From: Candidatus Hodarchaeota archaeon
Lineage (GTDB): Archaea > Asgardarchaeota > Heimdallarchaeia > Hodarchaeales > Hodarchaeaceae
Length of the DNA stretch: 64,000 nt
Direction: 5' to 3'
Assembly (NCBI GenBank): GCA_029856365.1
Contig: JAHQWW010000007.1
Coordinates: forward strand, 5,778-69,777
Part shown: piece after piece, positions 18,600 through 28,162 of the stretch
Layout of the letters: every line of letters begins with the position of its first letter
Position numbering within the stretch: position 1 is the first letter of the stretch
Position numbers and translations under genes: made by a program
The notes under the pieces: model-generated
The model's database searches: none
The model's input: the letters and a program-made list of their open reading frames with translations, nothing else
Told to the model about the DNA's origin: nothing

Positions 18600-20351
18600 T
18601 CATCGAGATTGAGAGTCAATCATGGTTTTTGCATCCCGGAGGTATCGAAGAGCATCTCTTATATTTGCTATTGGGGAAATAGTCGCACTTCCAATTCGAC
18701 TTTTGTGAATATTTTCTAATAATTTCTCGGCCAAACCCCGAAAGCGTGGAATAGTATTCGAGGAATCAGCTGTGAGAGTCTCAAGAAGCTCTTCAGCCTC
18801 TTCATTGCGCCCCTGTGCTGAAAGCATAATGGCCAAAAGACATTTTCCCTTCGTACGCTTAGGAACACCAACAAGCTTCTCTAAGCTTTCATTAATCATT
18901 TTTTGTGCTTCTTGAAGTATTTTAGAATCCTCTGAAAGCCGATATTCATTAAGATATACTTCAGCTAATGTGTATAAAAGGGTTGATCGAAAATCAGGGC
19001 ATTCATCAGTAAGCTTCATTGCATTGTGTAATAATGTCTTAGCTATACCAATATTATGGATGTGAAACTCATACTTACCTTGGATATAATTATAATAAGC
19101 TTTAGAACATTTTTTTAGATCATCAGGGGGCTTTATTGTCTTGAAAAGACCTGGTACTTTATCTAATCTGTTTAGATCGATAAGTAATTCAGCATATTTC
19201 AGCTGAACTTCATTTTGAAACTGTGGATCTTTCAATTCTAATCCTTCAACAATAGAAAGGGCCCTTTGTGCGTGAGCTAATGCAAGATCATCTTGTGATT
19301 CTAGGAAAAAAACATAAGCTAGCCCAAATTCTACTTTTATTTGGTAATTGGAGCAACAATAGTTTTGAGCTTTCTCAAGGACGAGTGTGAAAGTCTCCTT
19401 TGCTTCTTGTAATTGCCCTCGTTCAACAAGAAGCCAACCTTTCTGAATCAAAGGGTAAACGGATAATCCACCATCAATCCCTTTGCTTAGTAATGTTGTC
19501 AAGGAGAAAGCTTTTGATAAATACTCAGAAGCCTCCTCATGTTTTGCCTTGGCTGCATAATAATTTGCAAAATTTGTATAGGCTATAATCAATCGATTAT
19601 TAGCACTAATTAATTGAAATTGTTGAATAGCAGCTTCTAAATGATTTTCAAAGATGTCATCTTCTTCCTTATGAGACATTAGGATGTAAATAAGTCCTAT
19701 ATTTAAGTGGTGTTGAGATCTTTGTGTTACTTTTAAAGAATTAAAGAGATCTACTTTAGCTTTTTCTATGTCCTTCACAGATGCGAAAGATTGTATTGGA
19801 ATAAATAAATGCTCATATTTTGAATTAGAGTTCAATTCATCTTCAAAAACCTGTTTAGTTGTAAAATATACCTTTTCAAAAGTAACCATTCTATTAGAGT
19901 TACTTAATAGGAGAATATATGGCAAAGCTATATCAAGTAATGCAAACCAATCTTTAGAAGATTCTAATTGAGAAAAACCTTCTCCTATAATTGTGATACC
20001 ATTGTCTGAATTAATAAACTCTGTAATTCCCGCCCCAACATAAGATAATAACAGTGGATCAGAATGAGTTTCAGCTTCTCTGATAAGGAATTCAGATTTT
20101 TTAGTAAAAAATTCTATATCAGCCTGAATCCAAGCTAACTTCGAACACAATGCCCAAAGTACGGTAGGTAGATTTTCTTCTTTTTCAATAAGGTGTTGAA
20201 TAAGGAAGTACCAGTCATCCAGCTTCGAAACGGAGCTTTTTTTCTTAATCTTCGAAAAATTACTTTTTATTATGTTAATCCAATGACCATTAATACGATC
20301 AGTAAAAATAGCGAGCTCTGGGGGAAATTCTATTTTATTCATTTCAAACAC
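18600..20351 (-). CDS. TPR-repeat protein
   Basis: Repeated A/Y/L-rich 34-aa-like helical repeats (e.g. AYTNFANYYAAKAKHEEASEYLSKA). Confidence 0.6.
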   Translation of the reverse strand: MFEMNKIEFPPELAIFTDRINGHWINIIKSNFSKIKKKSSVSKLDDWYFLIQHLIEKEENLPTVLWALCSKLAWIQADIEFFTKKSEFLIREAETHSDPLLLSYVGAGITEFINSDNGITIIGEGFSQLESSKDWFALLDIALPYILLLSNSNRMVTFEKVYFTTKQVFEDELNSNSKYEHLFIPIQSFASVKDIEKAKVDLFNSLKVTQRSQHHLNIGLIYILMSHKEEDDIFENHLEAAIQQFQLISANNRLIIAYTNFANYYAAKAKHEEASEYLSKAFSLTTLLSKGIDGGLSVYPLIQKGWLLVERGQLQEAKETFTLVLEKAQNYCCSNYQIKVEFGLAYVFFLESQDDLALAHAQRALSIVEGLELKDPQFQNEVQLKYAELLIDLNRLDKVPGLFKTIKPPDDLKKCSKAYYNYIQGKYEFHIHNIGIAKTLLHNAMKLTDECPDFRSTLLYTLAEVYLNEYRLSEDSKILQEAQKMINESLEKLVGVPKRTKGKCLLAIMLSAQGRNEEAEELLETLTADSSNTIPRFRGLAEKLLENIHKSRIGSATISPIANIRDALRYLRDAKTMIDSQSR

Positions 20352-20509
20352 TATTATTGTTTTTATTTAAAAAATATTTAGTATGTTCACGTTTTATCGA
20401 AAGGATAAAAAGTTTCATGTATTGACAAAAATACTAAGGAAGATTGAAATTTATTTCTGATTAGGATTGGAAATAGAAAATAATTGTATAAATTATTGGA
20501 GTTTGGAAT

Positions 20510-21709
20510 ATGTCTATCCTAATAGGCATCGTTGGAAAACCATCGTCTGGTAAAACAACTTTTCTAAATGCACTTTGTGGTACATCGGCTAAAACAGCTG
20601 ATTATCCATTTACAACTATCCAGCCAAACCAAGGAGTGGGGTTTGTTACAACACCATGCGTCTGTGAAGAACTCGGGGTAACTTGTGACCCCCGAAATTC
20701 AGAATGCATTGATAGAGTTCGTAAGGTTCCTGTCAAAATTATTGATGTGGCTGGATTGGTTCCGGGCGCATATGAAGGAAAAGGGATGGGAAATCAGTTT
20801 TTATCTGACCTTGCTCAAGCTGATATTCTCATCCATGTGGTAGATATCTCAGGATCTCTTAATGAGGAAGGAGAAATAGTTGATCCTGGTAGTCATGATC
20901 CAATGAAAGATGTGAAGTTTTTAGAGAATGAGATTGCTGCTTGGATCCGTGGAATATTGAAAAAAGACTGGGATCGTGCTGTACGAAAAGCAGACACAGA
21001 GAAAAAGAATATAGTTGATTTTATTACCGAAAAAATGACAGGATTAAAAATTGCCAGAACGGATGTATTTAAAGCAATAAATTCAGCCTCTTTGAATACT
21101 TCAACCGTAAAAGAATGGACCGATGATGATTTACTTCAACTTTGCCATGAAATACGAAAAGCGGGTAAACCAATCATCATTGCAGCAAACAAAATTGATC
21201 GGCCTACGGCAAAAAAGAATTTTGATCGTTTGAAAAAAGAATTTGGAGAAATAATCGTACCAACTTCAGCTCTTACTGATATTGTTCTTAAAAATCTTGT
21301 TAAACATAATAAAGTAGAATATGTTTCTGCTAGTGGGCGTTTAAATCCAACGGGTAGTATGTCCCCTAAAGAAGATTCTATTGTTAATAAAATACAAACA
21401 GAGATATTAGAACCTTATGGAACCACTGGGATCTTTGAAACGCTAAATAAAGCGGTATTTAATATCTTACAACTTCAACCTATATATCCTGTGGCAGATG
21501 TCACTCATTTCAGCGATAATGATGGGAAGGTACTACCTGACGTATTTCTTGTCAAAAAGGGTACAACTATCAAAGAATTTGCGGGGATTATTCATCAGGA
21601 TCTGTTCAAGAACTTCATACATGGTATTGATGCCCGTACGAACCGTAGAACTTCCGAAAAATACGAATTACAATTTGGTGATGTCATTAAAATTGTAGCT
21701 GCTACATAA
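20510..21709 (+). CDS. Obg-family GTPase of the YchF/OLA1/Ygr210 type with C-terminal TGS domain
   Basis: GIVGKPSSGKTTFLNAL (G1), YPFTTIQPN (G2), DVAGLVPGA (G3), AANKID (G4), and a C-terminal beta-grasp ending YELQFGDVIKIV. Confidence 0.8.
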   Translation: MSILIGIVGKPSSGKTTFLNALCGTSAKTADYPFTTIQPNQGVGFVTTPCVCEELGVTCDPRNSECIDRVRKVPVKIIDVAGLVPGAYEGKGMGNQFLSDLAQADILIHVVDISGSLNEEGEIVDPGSHDPMKDVKFLENEIAAWIRGILKKDWDRAVRKADTEKKNIVDFITEKMTGLKIARTDVFKAINSASLNTSTVKEWTDDDLLQLCHEIRKAGKPIIIAANKIDRPTAKKNFDRLKKEFGEIIVPTSALTDIVLKNLVKHNKVEYVSASGRLNPTGSMSPKEDSIVNKIQTEILEPYGTTGIFETLNKAVFNILQLQPIYPVADVTHFSDNDGKVLPDVFLVKKGTTIKEFAGIIHQDLFKNFIHGIDARTNRRTSEKYELQFGDVIKIVAAT

Positions 21710-21716
21710 ATCAGTG

Positions 21717-22217
21717 TTAATCCTTGGTTTTATCATCCATTTGAGAAGGATATCTCTTCTGAATTAGTTTTCGAGTTTTAATTTCGCTAGACTTTCTGTA
21801 ATAATAATTAGAAGAACGTTTAGGCCCAAAAGATCGTATTCCTAATGTTTTTAGCTTTTTTGTTAAGTTATCTGCGTTTTCAGGTGAAATTTGGCCTTGC
21901 TTAACTAAATAGTCAATTATTTCTAATCCTTCTTTATTTGTTCTTGCTCTAGCTAAGAAATCGTAAACATTGGGTTCGTAGTTGCTAAAGGGGTCTTGAT
22001 TTTGCCTCTCTTCATTTAATGATAAAGAAGGCACTATATCATCTCCAACTTCATCTATTCTCATACTCATTTTCTTATTGGTAAGTTCTGCATATATCGC
22101 TGGAAATTTTTCTCTAATTTCATCGATTGTCATGTTCTGGCTTATTGCAAATGATTCTAAAGAGGATTTGTTTCGTAAAAGTTGTTTAGATTCTTTTGAA
22201 GTATTTTGGTTATTCAT
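21717..22217 (-). CDS. Conserved-looking small archaeal protein of unknown function
   Basis: 166-aa ORF. The segment YDFLARARTNKEGLEIIDYLVKQGQISPENADNLTKKLKTLGIRSFGPKR recalls a DUF-type archaeal family, but this is from memory only and not verified. Confidence 0.4.
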   Translation of the reverse strand: MNNQNTSKESKQLLRNKSSLESFAISQNMTIDEIREKFPAIYAELTNKKMSMRIDEVGDDIVPSLSLNEERQNQDPFSNYEPNVYDFLARARTNKEGLEIIDYLVKQGQISPENADNLTKKLKTLGIRSFGPKRSSNYYYRKSSEIKTRKLIQKRYPSQMDDKTKD

Positions 22218-22241
22218 TGATAATCTTCCAAATATTTCATA

Positions 22242-23195
22242 TCATTCTAACAATTTAGGATTAACACAAAATTCAGGTTTTTTACTATTCAAGACTAATC
22301 TTACCTGTTCAGCTGTGACCTGTCCAGCTCGTTCTTGCGCTTCTTTAGTGGAGGCACCAATATGAGGGGAAACATACAAGTTCTCAAGTTCAAATAATTT
22401 ATTTTCTCTTGCAGGTTCGACTGAAAACACATCCAAGGCAGCACCAGCGATTTTTCCTTTCTTCAGTGCATCATAAAGAGCTTCTTCATCAACAATCCCA
22501 CCCCGCGCGCAGTTCACAAGGAAGGCCGTAGGTTTCATTTTTTCAAGTTCATTCTCACCAATCATTCCCCGAGTTTCTTCTGTTAACCACGCATGGATGG
22601 TAATGAAATCAGAAACTCGAAACAATCTATCAAGGTCATCGGTCAATTCCACCCCTATTTTTGCAGGTACTTCAGGAGGAAGATAGGGATCGTAGACTAG
22701 ACAAGTCATGCCAAAAATTTGGACTCGCTTTGCAACTTCAGCACCAATTCGACCACATCCAATAAAACCTAATGTTTTACCATAGATTTCTGTGCCCATT
22801 AATCGTTTTTTTGGCCACTTGCCAGCTTTGGTTTCATTCGTCGCTTGAACTAAATTACGACTGAGAGCCAGCATATATGCAATTGTTATCTCGGCAACAG
22901 AGATGGTAGATGCTCGAGGAGAATTAACAACAAAAATCCTTTTTTCTGTTGCTGCTTCCACGTCAATATTATCGACTCCAACTCCAGCTCGTCCAATTAC
23001 TTTCAATTTACTTTTTTCGATCACCTCTCGAGTGACTTTTGTTCCACTACGTACAATAATAGCATCATAATCACTGATTTTACTCAGTAATTCGCTAGGA
23101 GAGAAGTGTCGTTCGACTACTTCAAAATTTTTACTTAAATTTTCAACTGCTGAAGTTATAATGGGATCAGCTATTAAAATTTTGATTGTTATCAC
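22242..23195 (-). CDS. D-isomer-specific 2-hydroxyacid dehydrogenase (D-3-phosphoglycerate dehydrogenase-like, no ACT domain)
   Basis: GFIGCGRIGAEVAKR NAD-binding motif, NCARGGIVDE, and the catalytic-region motif SPHIGAST. Confidence 0.85.
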   Translation of the reverse strand: MITIKILIADPIITSAVENLSKNFEVVERHFSPSELLSKISDYDAIIVRSGTKVTREVIEKSKLKVIGRAGVGVDNIDVEAATEKRIFVVNSPRASTISVAEITIAYMLALSRNLVQATNETKAGKWPKKRLMGTEIYGKTLGFIGCGRIGAEVAKRVQIFGMTCLVYDPYLPPEVPAKIGVELTDDLDRLFRVSDFITIHAWLTEETRGMIGENELEKMKPTAFLVNCARGGIVDEEALYDALKKGKIAGAALDVFSVEPARENKLFELENLYVSPHIGASTKEAQERAGQVTAEQVRLVLNSKKPEFCVNPKLLE

Positions 23196-23511
23196 TTCCT
23201 CAATCCAATAACTAGCTCTTCTTTTTCATTACGGAGAATTAGCTTCAAAAGAAAGGCGTTTTATACAACTGTAAAAGGTTATGCCTAAAACAATACCCTG
23301 AAATTTCAAGGTAGCAATCTAAGCATTGAAGTAACAATCAAACAATATCAAAAAATACTCAATATTAGATAAATATTGAAAGAAAACTGTAAATGGTTAA
23401 GCAAGCATTTAAAACTTTCCCAAAAAACGTCTGATCCAAGTATCTCCGTTTTGGAATGTTGCTGAGTGAGTCAGAAACTCATATCCGCAGAACCTAGAGG
23501 AGGTAATCTTG

Positions 23512-24075
23512 ATGAGTGCTTATAAATACGTATCTAAATTCTGGAAAGAGAGAAATCAAGACTTTCGAAGATTGCGAATATCCAGATTGATCCAATGGAG
23601 GCGAGATCCAACTGTTATTAGAATTGAAAATCCGACAAGGGTTGATAGAGCTCGTGCACTTGGATTTCGTCGTAAAAAAGGTTATATCATGGCAAGGGTT
23701 CGCGTGCCCCGTGGGGGGCGTCGAAAATCCAGACCTAAAAGTGGCAGACGCTCAAAAAGAATGGGAATAAGACGTATTACTCCCAAGAAATCCAGACAAT
23801 GGATTGCTGAAGAACGTTGTTGGCGTCGATTCCCAAATCTAGAGGTGTTAAACAGTTACCCTGTGTTAGAAGATGGTTTACATCGGTGGTTTGAAGTGAT
23901 TTTAGTTGATCCTCATGCCCCAGAAATCTTATCTGATCAAAAAATCAACTGGATTTGTAATAGAAGTAGTCGCGGCCGTGTTGCTCGAGGGAAAACTTCA
24001 GCTGGCCAGAAAAGCCGAGGATTGCATCGCCGTGGAAAGGGAACAGAACACATTAGGCCTTCCTATGATCGCTGA
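23512..24075 (+). CDS. rpl15e: Ribosomal protein eL15 (L15e)
   Basis: SAYKYVSKFWKE...RLIQWRR...GYIMARVRVPRGGRRK. A GGAGGT SD lies 7 nt upstream of the ATG. Confidence 0.92.
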   Translation: MSAYKYVSKFWKERNQDFRRLRISRLIQWRRDPTVIRIENPTRVDRARALGFRRKKGYIMARVRVPRGGRRKSRPKSGRRSKRMGIRRITPKKSRQWIAEERCWRRFPNLEVLNSYPVLEDGLHRWFEVILVDPHAPEILSDQKINWICNRSSRGRVARGKTSAGQKSRGLHRRGKGTEHIRPSYDR

Positions 24076-24180
24076 CCATTTTCTTTCATTTTTCTATGAA
24101 AAAACGTAATATGTGCTTTAATTCAATGTTGATTTGAATTAAAAGACACAAATTGAGAAAAATTTAAAGAGATTCTTGAT

Positions 24181-24939
24181 GTGAGGAATTTGCCTCGGAA
24201 TTTCATTGATTCACTTGGTCCCAGATATGAATCATACTTATCAGTATATCTTCACACCGCCAGCCAGTTGGGCTTCTCGGAAATTTGGATTAGTAATCCA
24301 ACGGAAGAAGAAAAAAATTTGATCACTCAACCTACCTTTACCTCTCTGATTCGTATGTATGAGCGATTAGATATTGGATTAAACCATGAATCTAAAGCAC
24401 ATATGGTATCGATCCTTCGTCATCAAAGACGACAAATCCCAATCATAACGGTAACATGTTTAACCCCCGAACTCACTGCATGGGCAGCACAAGACAATCG
24501 TGTTGATATTTTAACATTTCCTGTTTTTCAGATTGGCAAGCTCATGTCTCGATCTATTGCAAAGCTTATGGTTAAATTTAAAAAACACTTAGAAATTCAA
24601 CTCTCCGATTTATACTCCCTACCTGAACGACAACAAATTCCAGCGTTGAGACAGATTCGTTCTGCCTTGGAAATTGCTTCGTGTAAGAATGTTCCCATTA
24701 TTTTCACCTCTGGAAGCAAAAAACCTGATCAAATGCGGTCTCCACGAGAACTAACGTCATTGGGGCAAATGTTGCTAATGAGTTACATAATGTCGTTGGA
24801 TTCTTTGAGTATAATTCCCCAACAATTATTACAAAAAAACCTCCTCAAAATCAGTCCAAATTATATTGCTCCTGGAGTGTACAAGATTCCTTCCCGAATA
24901 CGGCCATCTATAACAATGGAGAAGGAGGAGGAGGAATAG
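24181..24939 (+). CDS. rnp3: RNase P protein component 3 (Rpp30 family)
   Basis: TIM-barrel-like Rpp30 pattern (RVDILTFP..., LEIQLSDL..., VPIIFTSGS). It sits in the conserved eL15-Rpp30-Pop5 gene order. Confidence 0.7.
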   Translation: MRNLPRNFIDSLGPRYESYLSVYLHTASQLGFSEIWISNPTEEEKNLITQPTFTSLIRMYERLDIGLNHESKAHMVSILRHQRRQIPIITVTCLTPELTAWAAQDNRVDILTFPVFQIGKLMSRSIAKLMVKFKKHLEIQLSDLYSLPERQQIPALRQIRSALEIASCKNVPIIFTSGSKKPDQMRSPRELTSLGQMLLMSYIMSLDSLSIIPQQLLQKNLLKISPNYIAPGVYKIPSRIRPSITMEKEEEE

Positions 24940-24944
24940 AAACA

Positions 24945-25334
24945 ATGGATGAACGAATAAGGTATATAAATATTCGATTCATCAGTCCTATCCAACTCCA
25001 AGAGAAGGATGCTTGGTTTACTGTATCATCTGAAGTAAAACGCCTCTTTGGAACACATGGAGCGGCAGAGATTGGTTTATTTCTCTCCTATTTTGACCAA
25101 ACAGCTCAAGGAGGTATTTTTAGGGCCTCACACAAGTATGTTTATCGTGTTAGATCCGCCCTTTGCTTTATCCACTCGAGACATAATAATCCCCTTTTCT
25201 TATTTTCAGAAAATGTCAGTGGTTCATTGAAGAAAGCGAAAAAACTGTTATCGGGATCAAAACACTTAACTCGTTATCAAAAACTTCGAAAAATGCTTTG
25301 TATAAGTTGGGAACAACGTTTCGATGATGATTAG
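24945..25334 (+). CDS. rnp2: RNase P protein component 2 (Pop5 family)
   Basis: 129 aa, N-terminus RIRYINIRF..., positioned directly after Rpp30. Confidence 0.65.
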   Translation: MDERIRYINIRFISPIQLQEKDAWFTVSSEVKRLFGTHGAAEIGLFLSYFDQTAQGGIFRASHKYVYRVRSALCFIHSRHNNPLFLFSENVSGSLKKAKKLLSGSKHLTRYQKLRKMLCISWEQRFDDD

Positions 25335-25374
25335 ATACCAGACTGAACTAGATGTTGATACCGTCCCAGTCTGA
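25324..25374 (+). ncRNA. Candidate archaeal C/D box sRNA (2'-O-methylation guide)
   Basis: ATGATGA (C, 25324-30), 12 nt, CTGA (D', 25343-46), 5 nt, ATGTTGA (C', one mismatch, 25352-58), 12 nt, CTGA (D, 25371-74). The C box overlaps the last Pop5 codons. Confidence 0.5.
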
Positions 25375-26268
25375 GAAATTCCATTTGGAGTTCCCAACTT
25401 GGTCTTTGAGTAGAAACCATTTCCACCATAGCCCTACCTTTTCTTCTTCGATCAACAAAAATTAGCCATTGTTCAAACAAACTTAGGTATAAATACCTAA
25501 AAGTAACACATAGATTCTCACAAAATACAAATGAGTTAACAATCCTGGAGTATTTCCAACGCCTTTTGTACTTGTGTTATAGAGGATAGATAGTGATGTA
25601 TAAATCATGTTTTTAAGTTATATTATGCTGTTTCCTCATTGTAATTTAATTTGAAACATTGAAGTGTCTTCAGGTATTGGTTTATTGGTTCCACACATTG
25701 GGCATACAAAGATTTTCTCATCATCTTTATTCTTAAGTATCCAGATTCCTCCACATGAACAGAAAATCGATAAAGTTTGGAATTTTAAATCAATTAGAAT
25801 ATATATGTTTAATATGTGATGTTATCATTTTAATTAATTATTTTCTAATTAAATTACTATTACTCAATTATATTCGGGGTTTATGCCAAAAAAAAACATT
25901 TTTTTCTAATTTTATCACAGATTATATTAGATAAATTCTAAAAACTATCGAAATGGATTCAATTCTAGTAGAATGAGTCAAAGGTGTTCCAGATTCCTTT
26001 CCATTAAGCAACTAGAGGTTAAAAGGATACAAACATGTTTCCTCTAAATAAACAACTTTAATTCTATCCCCCCTTTTCCCAACAAATGGAATTATATATG
26101 TTGATATAATAATTCTATATCGGATTCCAATCCATGACTTCGAATAATTAAATAAACAAACACAAGTTAATAATACGTGTTTTGTTACTTTTTTCTACCT
26201 CTTTCACTGGAAGCTAACGCTATTAAGGCGATCTGGATAGTTCATCTTCGATTAACAAAGATTTGTTA

Positions 26269-26778
26269 TTACTCAGCTATTGCGAGGTAGAGATAACCCA
26301 CAATTAACGCGGAGACTCCTACAAAGAATATTGAAAAAAATTCGTTATATATTATCAGACTTGAAAGAGTAAAAATGAGAGTTATTCCAGCTATTTCAAG
26401 TAAGCCTGTTCTACCTCCAGTATATTCACGAATCATTGTATAAACCAAAAGAGTGGAAAAAAACATTATTCCCCACACTATTAAATGAAAGATAGTTAGA
26501 AGTGGTGTGAATGTGCCTCCAAATAACTCAAATTCCCAGAATAGAAATTCCAGAAAGTTTTGCAAATCAACGGGGAAGAAGAGGAATAAAAGTTCCAGTA
26601 GAAAACATATTGAGAGCATTAATGTTCCTAGGATTAGAGTTCGTACCTCTTCTGAGGCCCAAAGATTTCGATAGAGGGTTTGAGCCATAACTTTTCCAAC
26701 TCCTTTCAGAGCTCTCAAGACGTTGGCAATTTGTGTTCGGTTTTTAATTTTTCCCAAAATTTTCAAAAGCAATCTCAA
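26269..26778 (-). CDS. Polytopic membrane protein, unknown function
   Basis: Four hydrophobic helices. The start is uncertain (TTG at 26778 or the ATG at 26688). Confidence 0.4.
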   Translation of the reverse strand: MRLLLKILGKIKNRTQIANVLRALKGVGKVMAQTLYRNLWASEEVRTLILGTLMLSICFLLELLFLFFPVDLQNFLEFLFWEFELFGGTFTPLLTIFHLIVWGIMFFSTLLVYTMIREYTGGRTGLLEIAGITLIFTLSSLIIYNEFFSIFFVGVSALIVGYLYLAIAE

Positions 26779-27219
26779 GCGATTTGAGCAATGATATCAG
26801 TTGGTATATTGTGCTGATCAAAAATAAATAATTTAATTCTAAAAAAATGTAGATATAAAGAAATTAAGACTGGATCCAGATATAAATGGCTCCATTCTAT
26901 CCTCTTCAAGTGTTTTTATCTAACCATTACCAATCTAAAGAAAAGTGAACCTCTAAAAATTCCGATCAATAAAATACTTACTGAATAAGGGAAGTAAAAA
27001 GAAAATAAAAGCTAATGTTTATAAGTTGTAGAAATAGGATGAATGTAACGAAGGTATGGAACAAATCTTTTCCTAGATTCATAGCCATTGCCTCACGATA
27101 GTTAGGCTGCTCAATTTGGATTGTTAATCAAAAAAAGCAGGCTTTGATTGAATTAGTGATTCAGTCAAAGTAATTATTCTAATGGATAACGATTTTGTTC
27201 AATCAGAGAGGTCTGAGTA

Positions 27220-27921
27220 ATGAAAATAGTCCTAATAGGCCCCTACAATAGTGGAAAATCAACGACAGTCCAAAAGATATGTAGGGGTTCTGCAGTCTCT
27301 ATTGATTATGGTGGAACAACAGTTGCTTTAGATCATTGTCGAACAAAGATTTATGGAGTTGAAATTTTCCTATTTGGAACTCCTGGACTTCAACGATTCG
27401 AGATAATCCGAAAAATCTTGAGTAAAGGAGCAGATGGTATCCTCTTTGTAGTTGATTCAGTGAATGTAGCTTCATTTGAAGAAGCTAAAAAACTATTGAA
27501 TGAAGTTTATGACATATTACCAGGCGTTCCTATTGTCCTCTGTGCAAATAAACAAGACATACGAGGAGCAAAAAGTCCCAACGAAGTAGCAGAAGTGGTT
27601 TTAGGAAAAAATAAAGACAAAATTTCAGTTATAGGAACTTCAGCAACAACTGGAGAACAAATTGAACACGCCTTAGGTCTAATTGTGCTTAATGCGATCA
27701 AACAGTATTATGATATTCTTATAGCAGTGAAGAAATCAAATGGTGAACTTGCAGAGATTGCAAAAAACATCCAACAACCTGAAGAGAAAGTTTATTCACA
27801 ACTTCAATTTGCCTCTTGGAGACGACTTATAATAGCTGATTGGGACAACTTAACTTTTAATTTAACGATAGGAGTTTCGAATATTACTGATATACTTGAA
27901 TTTGGACACAAACAGTTTTAA
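27220..27921 (+). CDS. MglA/COG2229-like small GTPase with a roughly 70-aa C-terminal extension
   Basis: GPYNSGKST (G1), FGTPGLQRF (G3 with Thr in place of Asp, as in the MglA family), CANKQD (G4), TSATTG (G5). Confidence 0.7.
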   Translation: MKIVLIGPYNSGKSTTVQKICRGSAVSIDYGGTTVALDHCRTKIYGVEIFLFGTPGLQRFEIIRKILSKGADGILFVVDSVNVASFEEAKKLLNEVYDILPGVPIVLCANKQDIRGAKSPNEVAEVVLGKNKDKISVIGTSATTGEQIEHALGLIVLNAIKQYYDILIAVKKSNGELAEIAKNIQQPEEKVYSQLQFASWRRLIIADWDNLTFNLTIGVSNITDILEFGHKQF

Positions 27922-27961
27922 GTAATTATTCATAGACTATTTTAACAAGGAGTTGGCATAT

Positions 27962-28138
27962 ATGGTTGAAAAACCTGATGTCTATATTTGTCAAAAGAAG
28001 GAATGTGGTCATCGTTTTCAGAAAGCGAAATTTATTACTGTTGAAGAAGATGGGGTCTATATAACAAAGCCTTCTTGTCCAGAGTGTGGTACAACAGATA
28101 TAATATCATCTGCTTGGTTGTTAAAAGAAGAGAAATAA
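27962..28138 (+). CDS. Small zinc-ribbon protein
   Basis: CQKKECGH...CPECGT. An AAGGAG SD lies 10 nt upstream of the ATG at 27962. Confidence 0.45.
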   Translation: MVEKPDVYICQKKECGHRFQKAKFITVEEDGVYITKPSCPECGTTDIISSAWLLKEEK

Positions 28139-28162
28139 TGCCAAGAACGAGGCCCCTTTACG

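Noticed and set aside
25338-25374. 7-bp inverted repeat CAGACTG...CAGTCTG after the Pop5 stop, first read as a terminator hairpin.
   Set aside because: The arms coincide with the D' and D boxes plus adjacent guide bases of the C/D-box candidate. The box spacing explains the sequence better than a terminator does.
25636-25821. Minus-strand frame encoding a zinc-ribbon-like peptide (...FCSCGGIWILKNKDDEKIFVCPMCGTNKPIPEDTSMFQIKLQ*) in the long intergenic region.
   Set aside because: The frame is bounded upstream by a stop and contains no ATG, GTG or TTG before the first Cys pair. It is at best a decayed gene remnant and is not reported as a CDS.
25378-26140. Scattered TTCCA-containing words, considered as possible ORB or mini-ORB origin-recognition boxes.
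   Set aside because: There is no repeated longer consensus, no inverted ORB pair flanking an unwinding element, and no orc1/cdc6 gene nearby. The 5-mer is too short to be meaningful.
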